A stretch of DNA of 64,000 nucleotides from contig CAZRGV010000002.1 of the NCBI GenBank assembly GCA_964599655.1, positions 44,983 to 108,982 of the forward strand, in the 5' to 3' direction. Source of the DNA: an uncultured Isosphaeraceae bacterium. GTDB lineage: Bacteria > Planctomycetota > Planctomycetia > Isosphaerales > Isosphaeraceae. Position numbers and translations under genes: made by a program. How positions within the stretch are numbered: the first letter of the stretch is position 1; each line of letters starts with the position of its first letter. Below are positions 9,644 to 18,130 of the stretch, piece by piece. The notes beneath the pieces are model-generated. The model had not been told where the DNA came from, did no database searches, and saw only the letters and a program-made list of their open reading frames with translations.

Positions 9644-10894
9644 TCAAACAATTGTTGCTTCAGGGATAGGTATGATGAACTTTCCACCTTTGCGGCGATA
9701 CGCCGCTTGTTGTTCCAGGATTTCGTCCGCAAAATTCCAAGTCAAAAGCAGCACGTAATCCGGCATTGCCTCGGTCAACTGTTCGGGAGGCAGGATGGGC
9801 AAGTGAGTGCCAGGCGTGTAGCGGTTCTGTTTGTGGGGGCTGCGGTCCACCACAAACTCGATCGTCTCGCGACCGATCCCGAAGTAGTTCAGCAACGTAC
9901 TGCCCTTGGCCGATGCTCCGTAAGCGGCCAGTCGTTTCCCCTTGCCTTTGAGTTCGCCGAGCAGTTTGAGGAGCGAGGATTTCAGTCCTTCCACCTTGTG
10001 ACCGAATTGCTGGTAAAACTCAACCCGATCAACGCCCCAATGCTGCTCCTCCGCAAGTAAATCAGAGACGGCGTCGCTCGGAGGAGCCACTCCCATGTGA
10101 GCGACGGTGATTTGGAGCGAGCCGCCGTGGATGGGCACGCGGTCCACATGAGTGATTTCGAGCCCGTGCCGGCGAAACAATCGGGCTAGCGAAGTGACTG
10201 TAAAGTAGAAAATATGCTCGTGATAGATTGTGTCAAACTCGATGTGATCGATCATGTCCTTGGCATACGGCGCCTCAATGACTGCACGGCCGTTGGGAGC
10301 CAGGACAGTGCGGATCCCTCGGACGAAACCATTCAGATCAGCGACGTGGGCCAGTACGTTGTTGGCGAGGAATACATCGGCCTGGATGCCTTCGCTGCGG
10401 AGCCGCTCGGCGAGCTCCGCGCCGAAAAACTCGTCGACAGTCGGTATCCCTTTCTCTCTGGCCACGCGCGCGATGTTCCTCGCGGGCTCGATCCCGAGGA
10501 CGGGGACGCCCCGATTCACGAAGTGCTGCAACAGGTAGCCATCATTGCTAGCAGCTTCGACGACTAAACTGTTTGAGTCGAGATCGTGTTCCGAGATCAG
10601 ACGCTTCGCGATTCGCTCGCTGTGTCGGAGCATGGTGTCGGAAAAACTCGAAAAATAGACGTAGTCGCGGAAAAGATCTTCGGCCGAGACGGTCTCCGTG
10701 ATCTGCAACAGCGAACAGCAAGGGCAAAAGGCCAGTTCCAGTGAATAGGTCGGCTCCAACTCGTCGAGCTGGTTCGCGTTGAGGAGTCGATTGGCCAGTG
10801 GTGTTCGCCCGAGGTCCAGTACGGGTACCAGCTGGCTTGTACCACGTTCCTCGGCGAAGGCACCACAACTTCGGCAAACCGAGACACGGCTCAT
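9644..10894 (-). CDS. NDP-hexose C-methyltransferase (Zn-ribbon + class I SAM MTase + C-methyltransferase C-terminal domain)
   Basis: N-terminal CRSCGA..CPCC zinc-binding pattern, SAM-binding LVVEAASNDGYLL, and a long C-terminal domain as in TylC3/EvaC-type sugar C-methyltransferases. 4-nt overlap with the upstream dehydratase. Confidence 0.75.
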   Translation of the reverse strand: MSRVSVCRSCGAFAEERGTSQLVPVLDLGRTPLANRLLNANQLDELEPTYSLELAFCPCCSLLQITETVSAEDLFRDYVYFSSFSDTMLRHSERIAKRLISEHDLDSNSLVVEAASNDGYLLQHFVNRGVPVLGIEPARNIARVAREKGIPTVDEFFGAELAERLRSEGIQADVFLANNVLAHVADLNGFVRGIRTVLAPNGRAVIEAPYAKDMIDHIEFDTIYHEHIFYFTVTSLARLFRRHGLEITHVDRVPIHGGSLQITVAHMGVAPPSDAVSDLLAEEQHWGVDRVEFYQQFGHKVEGLKSSLLKLLGELKGKGKRLAAYGASAKGSTLLNYFGIGRETIEFVVDRSPHKQNRYTPGTHLPILPPEQLTEAMPDYVLLLTWNFADEILEQQAAYRRKGGKFIIPIPEATIV

Positions 10895-11892
10895 GCCTTG
10901 GTCTCCAGAAACGCACGATACCAGTCCACGGTCTTGCGAAGGCCTTGATCCAACCTATGAGCGGCGGACCATCCAAGAACGGTTCGCGCCCGCTCGGCGT
11001 TGAGCATCTGTGCTTTGATCTCTGCTTGTGCCCTGCCCAGAACGACCGGGGGAAGATCGTGGATATCCATCACAGTGTTGATTGTGTCAACGATTTGATT
11101 GACTGTGATGGGAACCTCGGTGCTGAAGTTGAACGCCTCGCCAGCCACGTCGGGTTGATGGATCCGCTCGGCCAGGGCGAGGTACGCTGACACGGCATCC
11201 TCGACATAGACATAATCGCGAACCATGGTGCCGTCACTTCGGAGGACGGGTCGTTCGGCTCGTAAAAGCGAGCGAATTGTTCCTGGGACGATTCGACTCC
11301 AGTTTAGGTCTCCACCACCGTAGATGTTACCACAACGCGCGATCGTCACTGGCAGGCGATAGGAATGGTGGTAGGCGGTCGCGAGCAGGTCGGTGCAACT
11401 CTTTGAGACATCGTACGGATGGCGGCCAATCAGGGCGTGGCGCTCTGTGTAGGGTAGGTCGTCGTGGTCGCCATACGCCTTGTCACTCGAGGCGATCACC
11501 ACACATTGAACCAGATTGGCGTGAATCCGGCAGGCCTCGAGAAGATGGTACGTTCCTCGGATGTTGGCCTCGAACGTTGGCAAAGGGTTACGCAGAGCCG
11601 CTCCAACGATCGCTTGCGCCGCGAGGTGGAAGACCGTGTCGACTTCATGCTCGTTGATGGCGCGCTCGATCGCGGAGAAATCCTCGAGCCGTCCGTTCAC
11701 GACTGTCACGCGGCGGATGGCCCCGCTGCGGACGAGTTCGCTCTGATGGTCGAGATCGCGAATCAAGGCGACCACGTGGGCGCCACGTTGCAGAAGCGCC
11801 TGGACCAGCCAAGAGCCTACGAACCCGGTCGCTCCGGTGACAAGCGCCCGACGTGTCGACCAGTCCGTGGGGAGTGTCTGCGTCATTCCCAA
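10891..11892 (-). CDS. Extended SDR NDP-sugar 4,6-dehydratase (CDP-glucose 4,6-dehydratase-like by context)
   Basis: VTGATGFVGSWL Rossmann motif, SSDKAYG and PYDVSK (YxxxK) catalytic motifs. Overlaps the rfbF 3' end by 10 nt. Confidence 0.7.
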   Translation of the reverse strand: MGMTQTLPTDWSTRRALVTGATGFVGSWLVQALLQRGAHVVALIRDLDHQSELVRSGAIRRVTVVNGRLEDFSAIERAINEHEVDTVFHLAAQAIVGAALRNPLPTFEANIRGTYHLLEACRIHANLVQCVVIASSDKAYGDHDDLPYTERHALIGRHPYDVSKSCTDLLATAYHHSYRLPVTIARCGNIYGGGDLNWSRIVPGTIRSLLRAERPVLRSDGTMVRDYVYVEDAVSAYLALAERIHQPDVAGEAFNFSTEVPITVNQIVDTINTVMDIHDLPPVVLGRAQAEIKAQMLNAERARTVLGWSAAHRLDQGLRKTVDWYRAFLETKA

Positions 11893-12653
11893 ACCTTCCA
11901 GGGAGCCTGTCCACTAGTCCAGAGATGCTCAAGTAATCTGAGGTCACGGAGTGTGTCCATACACTGCCAGAACTCGTCGTGTCGATAGGCCATCAATTGC
12001 CCCTCGGCAGCCAATCGCTCCAGCGGTTCCTGCTCCCATGTGGTATCATCATTATGAATGTACTCAAGAACCTCAGGTTCCAGGACGAAGAATCCGCCAT
12101 TAATCCAGCCTTCGCCCACCTGTGGCTTTTCCGTGAATTCGACGACCCGATCGCCGTCGAAGATCAGGCCGCCAAAGCGAGCGGGAGGTCGGACAGCGGT
12201 CACCGTGGCCAGCTTACCGTGCTGACGATGAAACCGGAGCAGAGTATTCAGATCGACGTTACAAACGCCGTCGCCGTAGGTTGCCATGAACGTCTCATGC
12301 CCGAGAATCGAGCTTAGACGCTTCAGTCGCCCTCCCGTTTTGGTGTGAATCCCGGTGTCGATGAGATGGACGGTCCAGTCATCGTAACAGCCGTTGCGCC
12401 GCATGATGTCGCCGGAGGCCAGATTTACGGCAAAGTTGCTGTTGATCTTCGGATAGTCGAGAAAATACCGCTTGATCACGTCTCCTTTGTAGCCGAGCGC
12501 CACGACGAACTCTCGAAATCCATGGTGAGCATAGTGTTTCATGAGGTGCCAGAGGATTGGCCGACCACCGATCTCGACCATAGGCTTGGGTTTGCTCTCG
12601 GTTTCCTCAGTGAGTCGCGTTCCAAACCCGCCGGCAAGAATGACGACTTTCAT
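11883..12653 (-). CDS. rfbF: Glucose-1-phosphate cytidylyltransferase
   Basis: MKVVILAGGFGTRLTEETESKPKPMVEIGGRPILWHLMKHY and the overall 256-aa length match RfbF closely. Confidence 0.9.
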   Translation of the reverse strand: MKVVILAGGFGTRLTEETESKPKPMVEIGGRPILWHLMKHYAHHGFREFVVALGYKGDVIKRYFLDYPKINSNFAVNLASGDIMRRNGCYDDWTVHLIDTGIHTKTGGRLKRLSSILGHETFMATYGDGVCNVDLNTLLRFHRQHGKLATVTAVRPPARFGGLIFDGDRVVEFTEKPQVGEGWINGGFFVLEPEVLEYIHNDDTTWEQEPLERLAAEGQLMAYRHDEFWQCMDTLRDLRLLEHLWTSGQAPWKVWE

Positions 12654-12665
12654 GATCGGTGGTTC

Positions 12666-13472
12666 TCAGGAAGTCTTGGATTGCACGACATTGGTGACAA
12701 CCCTGCGCAAACCTCTGAGGCTGCTCAGGAACACAGGGGGTATGAGTTGACGAGTAATCGATTTAAATCGTGCAAGATAGCGGATTGGCTCTTTTTCGCT
12801 TTCTGCGATGTCATAAATCGGGTCGACTTCGTAAAAGGTTTTGAGTTCGTCGGAAGGAATCCGGCCAACTGCGTCCAGAAAACACCTGGGATCGCCAAGA
12901 AGCAGGTGCCGGAACTCCCTGATCCGCGGTGGATTCCAGTCCCACCATCGAATTTTCAATAGACCCTCAATCACATCGTGTGCGAATCGCGGCTTGAGTA
13001 ACTTCCAGGGATTTCCAATGGCGATGGAGTAGGGCGGCACGTCCGACCCGACAACAGTTCCTGCACCGATCACTGCGCCGTGACCGATCGTCACTCCGGA
13101 GAGTATTAGGGCTCCGTAACCAATCCAGACATCGGAACCGATCGTGACGGGGCCCTTGTACACGGCATCGCGGTAACGGATCTTCGTCGGATCGTCCCCA
13201 ACGGCGTCTGGATCCTCGCCATCATACCAGTGGAATGGAAACGATGTCGTTGAGCGATAGTTATGTTCGCCTCCTGCAAGGATTTTTGATGCCTTGGCAA
13301 TCGAGCAATAGTTTCCGATCCTGACCCTGTCCTCCGCCGAGTAGAGAATGAATTCCGGGGCGCCGTAGGTTCCTCGGCCAATCGTTATGCGAGGGTCCGT
13401 GACCCGCCAACGCAATTCTCTCGAAGACCGGCCAGCGAGTCGGAATCCAGGAGGACAGTGAGGCTGGTTCAT
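12666..13472 (-). CDS. Xenobiotic-acetyltransferase-type (CatB/Vat-like) hexapeptide O-acetyltransferase
   Basis: IGNYCSIA, GGEHNYRSTTSFPF, VTIGSDVWIGYGALILSGVTIGHGAVIGAGTVVGSDVPPYSIAIGNP and IRWWDW motifs. Start reset to ATG 13472 (MNQPHC) to avoid overlapping wzt. Confidence 0.75.
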   Translation of the reverse strand: MNQPHCPPGFRLAGRSSRELRWRVTDPRITIGRGTYGAPEFILYSAEDRVRIGNYCSIAKASKILAGGEHNYRSTTSFPFHWYDGEDPDAVGDDPTKIRYRDAVYKGPVTIGSDVWIGYGALILSGVTIGHGAVIGAGTVVGSDVPPYSIAIGNPWKLLKPRFAHDVIEGLLKIRWWDWNPPRIREFRHLLLGDPRCFLDAVGRIPSDELKTFYEVDPIYDIAESEKEPIRYLARFKSITRQLIPPVFLSSLRGLRRVVTNVVQSKTS

Positions 13473-13506
13473 GGGAAGCAGACAATATCGATCAAGCCAA
13501 GACGCT

Positions 13507-14805
13507 TTAGCCGAGCGACGCGGGATGATATTCCGTGCTCCATTCGAGAAGCGGACGAACGATTCCTGGGTAAGGGCCGGCATAATCGCCTCGGGACGAG
13601 TCGCCGTCGATGCTGTCGACAACCTGGAACGCGATGGCATCGCGCTCATAAAAGTGAATCTTAACCGGGTCCATGGTGCTCACGGCGGCACCAACCACCA
13701 GTGTTCCTTCCGCCAGAAAGTTGCCGGGAATCCATGCCGTGCACGTGTAACGACCTACGGGGCGAGGTCGACGGCGCCACGAAGGGTCGCTTTCAGCAAG
13801 ATGGAACACGCAAACTCCGTCCTCATTATAGAATGGAAAGTTCGGGACCAGGACATGCCCTGACTCAAGAACATCGAACGTGATCTCGACTCCCACTTTC
13901 TTGCGTATGTCCACGACTTCGGTCGTTTGGCCTTGCTCGTCACGCGCCCGAAAGGATCGTAAGCGAACGATCTCGTTCCCAGGAGATGTTTGGAGGTCAG
14001 ACCATATCCGGGCGGCCGTTGTCCCGGTTTCCGAGCGGAGGTAGAGGCTCGTAATCTGGGCCGAGGGCCCATCGCCGATCACTCGCCCGCGATTCAGCAG
14101 GATCGCACGGGGGCAGAGCCTGGTGACCGCCATCATGTTATGGGAGACAAACAGGACCGTTCGACCCTCGTGTCCGACGTCCTGCATCTTGTTCAAACAT
14201 TTCTTCTGGAAGGAGGCATCACCGACGGCCAGTACCTCATCGATCAGGAGTACTTCCGGCTCGAGATGAGCCGCCACGGCAAACGCGAGACGCACATACA
14301 TTCCACTCGAGTAGCGCTTGACGGGCGTGTCGAGAAATCGCTCGATCTCGGCGAAGGCGACGATCTCGTCGAATCGCTTCACAATGGCCTGGCGGCTCAT
14401 TCCAAGAATGCTGCCATTGAGAAAAATATTCTCACGACCCGTCAGTTCGGGATGGAAGCCGGTGCCAACCTCCAGAAGACTACCGACCCGACCATACAGC
14501 TCGACGACGCCCGTCGTGGGCTTGGTGATTCGAGACAGGATCTTCAGAAGGGTGCTTTTCCCGGCTCCATTGCGCCCGATAATACCCACGACTTCGCCCG
14601 GTTGAATCTCAAACTCGATATCCTCCAGAGCCCAAAACTCTTCGCGTTGTCCGGCGTGACCACCGTTGCGCCACCTGCGGATCGGAGCCATCGCGGCGTT
14701 CACGAGGCTTTCTCGCAACGTACGATAGCCACCATGCTGTGCATTGTGTTGAATATAGAAACACTTGCCTAAACCTTTAGCACGAATTGCAGGAGTCATG
14801 GCCAT
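13507..14805 (-). CDS. wzt: Polysaccharide ABC exporter ATP-binding protein with C-terminal Wzt_C-like glycan-binding domain
   Basis: Walker A GRNGAGKSTLLKIL, signature YSSGMYVRLAFA, Walker B LLIDEVLAVGD, followed by a ~170-aa beta-rich C-terminal extension. Start reset to ATG 14805 (MAMTPAIRAKG). Confidence 0.85.
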   Translation of the reverse strand: MAMTPAIRAKGLGKCFYIQHNAQHGGYRTLRESLVNAAMAPIRRWRNGGHAGQREEFWALEDIEFEIQPGEVVGIIGRNGAGKSTLLKILSRITKPTTGVVELYGRVGSLLEVGTGFHPELTGRENIFLNGSILGMSRQAIVKRFDEIVAFAEIERFLDTPVKRYSSGMYVRLAFAVAAHLEPEVLLIDEVLAVGDASFQKKCLNKMQDVGHEGRTVLFVSHNMMAVTRLCPRAILLNRGRVIGDGPSAQITSLYLRSETGTTAARIWSDLQTSPGNEIVRLRSFRARDEQGQTTEVVDIRKKVGVEITFDVLESGHVLVPNFPFYNEDGVCVFHLAESDPSWRRRPRPVGRYTCTAWIPGNFLAEGTLVVGAAVSTMDPVKIHFYERDAIAFQVVDSIDGDSSRGDYAGPYPGIVRPLLEWSTEYHPASLG

Positions 14806-14864
14806 CCGATTGTTGCCCTTGAGAGGTCCACGGCAGCCGCAAACGGTGTGTCTGGGAAACGGCA

Positions 14865-15851
14865 TCAAATGATGTCTGCGAATCCATCCTCGACTTTCCG
14901 GAAGTAGAGGCATCCGGCAAGGAATGCGACGATGACACTCAGCGACGAGGTCCCCAGTCGCACCCAGGGAATCGATCCGCCCAGCGCCGCGGCTCGGAAC
15001 GCGGAAATCAGCCCGGTCATCGGGTTTGCGGCCAACAGGGTATGCATCAAGCTTCGAAACACATCGCTCGATGGAGATTCGGGATTTGCTTGCGGTTGAT
15101 CCGCATTCAACGACGACCCGATTTGACCACGATTCTCCGCGATCGCGGAATCATGATCAACTTGCATGTACACGCTCGGCGTGGCGAACATCCAAAGTTG
15201 AACCAGAAATGGGATCACGTAACGGAAGTCGCGATAAGCGACGTTCAACGATGCCAGAAGCGTCCCGACGCCCAGCGCGGCTATGACAATCAGACCGAAA
15301 ATCAGCGGTATCAGAATCAGCCCCATTCCAGGAACAATCTGATAATAGACCAACATGGCGATGAGCAGACCAAAAGCAACGACAAAGTCGACAACGGCCG
15401 CCCCAACCGCGGCAAATGGGATGGCCAACCTGGGAAAGTAAATCTTTGTGATCAGGCGTTCCGAGCCAACGACACTGTTCCCCGCGGATGCAATGGCGGT
15501 CGAGAAGAACGTCCAAGGCAAGAGACCGGCATAAGCGAATAGAGGATAGGGCAGACCTTCCGAAGCGACTCCGGCCATCCGACTAAAAAAGATGGTGAAG
15601 ACCACCATCATCAGCGCGGGCTGAAGAACGGCCCATGCCGCTCCCAGCAGCGTCTGCTTGTAGCGAACCTTCACATCACGCCACATGAGGAAAAAAAGCA
15701 ACTCGCGGAACTGCCACAGTTCGCGGACATTGATCAATTGCCATCCCTGTGACGGACGAATGATCGTTAGCGCATTTGTCGCGATGGGCGGTTTCGAGTC
15801 TCCCTCCGCCGAGGGAATTCGAAGTTCCACCTGCTGTTCCGTGATGGTCAT
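14865..15851 (-). CDS. wzm: ABC-2 type polysaccharide exporter permease
   Basis: RELLFFLMWRDVKVRYKQTLLGAAWAVLQP signature and about 6 hydrophobic helices, immediately upstream of wzt. Confidence 0.8.
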   Translation of the reverse strand: MTITEQQVELRIPSAEGDSKPPIATNALTIIRPSQGWQLINVRELWQFRELLFFLMWRDVKVRYKQTLLGAAWAVLQPALMMVVFTIFFSRMAGVASEGLPYPLFAYAGLLPWTFFSTAIASAGNSVVGSERLITKIYFPRLAIPFAAVGAAVVDFVVAFGLLIAMLVYYQIVPGMGLILIPLIFGLIVIAALGVGTLLASLNVAYRDFRYVIPFLVQLWMFATPSVYMQVDHDSAIAENRGQIGSSLNADQPQANPESPSSDVFRSLMHTLLAANPMTGLISAFRAAALGGSIPWVRLGTSSLSVIVAFLAGCLYFRKVEDGFADII

Positions 15852-16052
15852 GTCGACGTCGTCGCTTCCCAGATGACCCGAGTTGACCTTCCGATCGGCG
15901 ACCTCATGATGTTCCCCTCCTCCACGAAGGATGGGCTGTCGCTCGATCGACCGAGGGAGACCAAGAAACTCACAGTGCTAATATAGAACGGCAAACCGGC
16001 TCCGACTTTCGCCCCAGACGGCTCGAGGATCCTGTGGCCGCAGGGTGTTGTT

Positions 16053-17354
16053 CTAGTAGTTGATGTTAAATTTGATGAATAGAAAAATAAATATCAGAAA
16101 AAACACTTCTGAATAGAATGATCGTTTTAGGAACGACTGGTTGAACTGAGTCTCGCTCAACGGGAGTGTCGTTCCAGTGAGATGGATATACGCGGTTGCC
16201 AGGCCGAGTACGGTGTAGGTTGGCACGATGTAGGTTTCGGTAAGAGACATCATTCCCAGGGCATAACTCGTGATCAGGGCCATGAGGTAGGGACGAATCT
16301 GTCGAAGTTCCGGATCGGCCAGCCACACCGTGGTTGAACCAAGACGATGGATTGTTCTGAGGGCATGATAGAATGCTCCGACGAAGAGCATTCCGCCGAA
16401 GAACCCTAATTCAGTGGAAATATGGACGTAGGAATTATGTGCAACAAGACCCGCATACTGAACATACTTGTTGGTACCGATACCGAAGAGTGGAGCATTG
16501 CGAAGCTGTTGCAACCCTTCTTGCCAGATCTGAACCCGCTGCTGGGCTGTCCCTTCCGAGGTGGAAAGGCTGGTCTGCCGCCCACGAAAGAGGATGAACA
16601 TCAATGGCAGGGCAATCGCGATCAAGAAGAGCGATTTTTTCCCAGGAAATCTGCTCCGAAACAGGACCAACAACCCGGCCAAAACCATGAGGAAACCGCC
16701 GCGCGACCGCGTCAGATGAACCGCGTATCCGAACAACGCGAACGGCAACAACCAGAAGATTCGAAGCAAGCCCAGACCGCGGTCGCCGAGCCCATACAGA
16801 CAGATCATCATAGCCACAGAGAGATTCAAGCAAATATCATTGGGATCCCCGAACAACCCTGTCCCACGGAGCCGCTCGTAGGGAATCTCTTCACCGGAAT
16901 TCATATCATAAGTATATTCGATCAATGGATCGATTGCTGGGATATTCAGAATCCCATGAAAGTCGAGAACCGTCAAAACGGCGGACACGAGGTAGAAAAT
17001 CACCAGCCAGAACAACAACCAACGCAGCCGGCTTGTGCTATTCACGATCTCGACGACAAGCATGTAGTAAAGGATGGTTTTTCCAAATTCGAAGGCGAAG
17101 TTGAAAGCCTCCGCGACGTCCAGGTGCGACAGGTTCGATAGAAGCGACGCAATCAGCAAACCTACGACGCAAACCGTGATCGGCTGTTCTCGAAGCCGAC
17201 TGCTGGAGAGCTGACCCAGCAACGGACCAATTGAGATCAGAAGAGTTAAAACGATGAGTATCTCATAAATCGGAATTGTTTCGAGGCTGGGAATCAGCTC
17301 TGAAGGTCGTATATACAGAGTGCCGGTCACCAGGATCAGCAGGATGAAGTCCAT
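16053..17354 (-). CDS. O-antigen ligase/polymerase-like (Wzy_C domain) polytopic membrane protein
   Basis: Ten or more hydrophobic segments, with a central loop TRSRGGFLMVLAGL.. and AHNSYVHISTELGFFG typical of Wzy_C/O-antigen ligase family proteins. Start reset to ATG 17354 (MDFILLILV). Confidence 0.7.
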   Translation of the reverse strand: MDFILLILVTGTLYIRPSELIPSLETIPIYEILIVLTLLISIGPLLGQLSSSRLREQPITVCVVGLLIASLLSNLSHLDVAEAFNFAFEFGKTILYYMLVVEIVNSTSRLRWLLFWLVIFYLVSAVLTVLDFHGILNIPAIDPLIEYTYDMNSGEEIPYERLRGTGLFGDPNDICLNLSVAMMICLYGLGDRGLGLLRIFWLLPFALFGYAVHLTRSRGGFLMVLAGLLVLFRSRFPGKKSLFLIAIALPLMFILFRGRQTSLSTSEGTAQQRVQIWQEGLQQLRNAPLFGIGTNKYVQYAGLVAHNSYVHISTELGFFGGMLFVGAFYHALRTIHRLGSTTVWLADPELRQIRPYLMALITSYALGMMSLTETYIVPTYTVLGLATAYIHLTGTTLPLSETQFNQSFLKRSFYSEVFFLIFIFLFIKFNINY

Positions 17355-17388
17355 GATGCGTTCTGGTTTGATCGAGCCGCCCGGAGGG

Positions 17389-18108
17389 TCAACCCCTCGG
17401 TCCTGGATGTGGTCGCGGGTTCTCTTCCGTGGAGGACGCCTCCTTAATCCTGCCGGGGAAGAGGGTCTTCTGAAGCACCGGTAAGACATCTTTCAGAAAG
17501 GCCATGCTGACCGGGTCTCCGTCCGTCGGCGTCTGACGGCCCGTCGCGTGAATCACGTAGAGCTTGTATAGGAACGGATAGCTCGCAAACTCGAGTCGCG
17601 GATTGTCGGGAGCTCGCCAGACTCCCTGGGCACTCCAGGCCCAGAGAATTCGCAGATCGCTCGTCACCGTTGGTCCACGTTTTTCGAAATCGCCCGACCA
17701 GAACTCAGCTGGCGACGACGTGGAATCAGGAGGAATCGGCACCCGTCGTGGGGGAGCTTGTAACTCGAATCCCGCCGCCGTGTAGCAGATATCCGGGGTG
17801 TGAACCGCGATCGGCCCTGGGCGACCGCATACGATCATGATCGAGACCGATCGGCCATCGCCACGGTGCGTGTACGCGCGAGACAGGGATCCCTCGATTC
17901 CAGCCGCCTTGAGCACCCGATCGTCATCGAGCTCCTCCGACTGGCCTGCCCAGTCCCCGATATCCAGGGGTACGTCCTGAAGTCGGGCAACCGCATCCTG
18001 GAGATCGTGAGATGTGGACCAGCGATTCGTTCGCGAGCCATGAATGTAACCAACCAGCACGACGAGGACGGTCGCTGCCAGGTAGGGAATCGCTCGGACC
18101 ATCGGCAT
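17389..18108 (-). CDS. epsI: Exosortase-associated EpsI family protein
   Basis: N-terminal anchor YLAATVLVVLVGYI, DIGDWAG and the HTPDICYTAAGFE motif characteristic of EpsI. Start reset to ATG 18108. Confidence 0.7.
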   Translation of the reverse strand: MPMVRAIPYLAATVLVVLVGYIHGSRTNRWSTSHDLQDAVARLQDVPLDIGDWAGQSEELDDDRVLKAAGIEGSLSRAYTHRGDGRSVSIMIVCGRPGPIAVHTPDICYTAAGFELQAPPRRVPIPPDSTSSPAEFWSGDFEKRGPTVTSDLRILWAWSAQGVWRAPDNPRLEFASYPFLYKLYVIHATGRQTPTDGDPVSMAFLKDVLPVLQKTLFPGRIKEASSTEENPRPHPGPRG

Positions 18109-18130
18109 TCTCTCAGAAAGGGAAGCCTCG

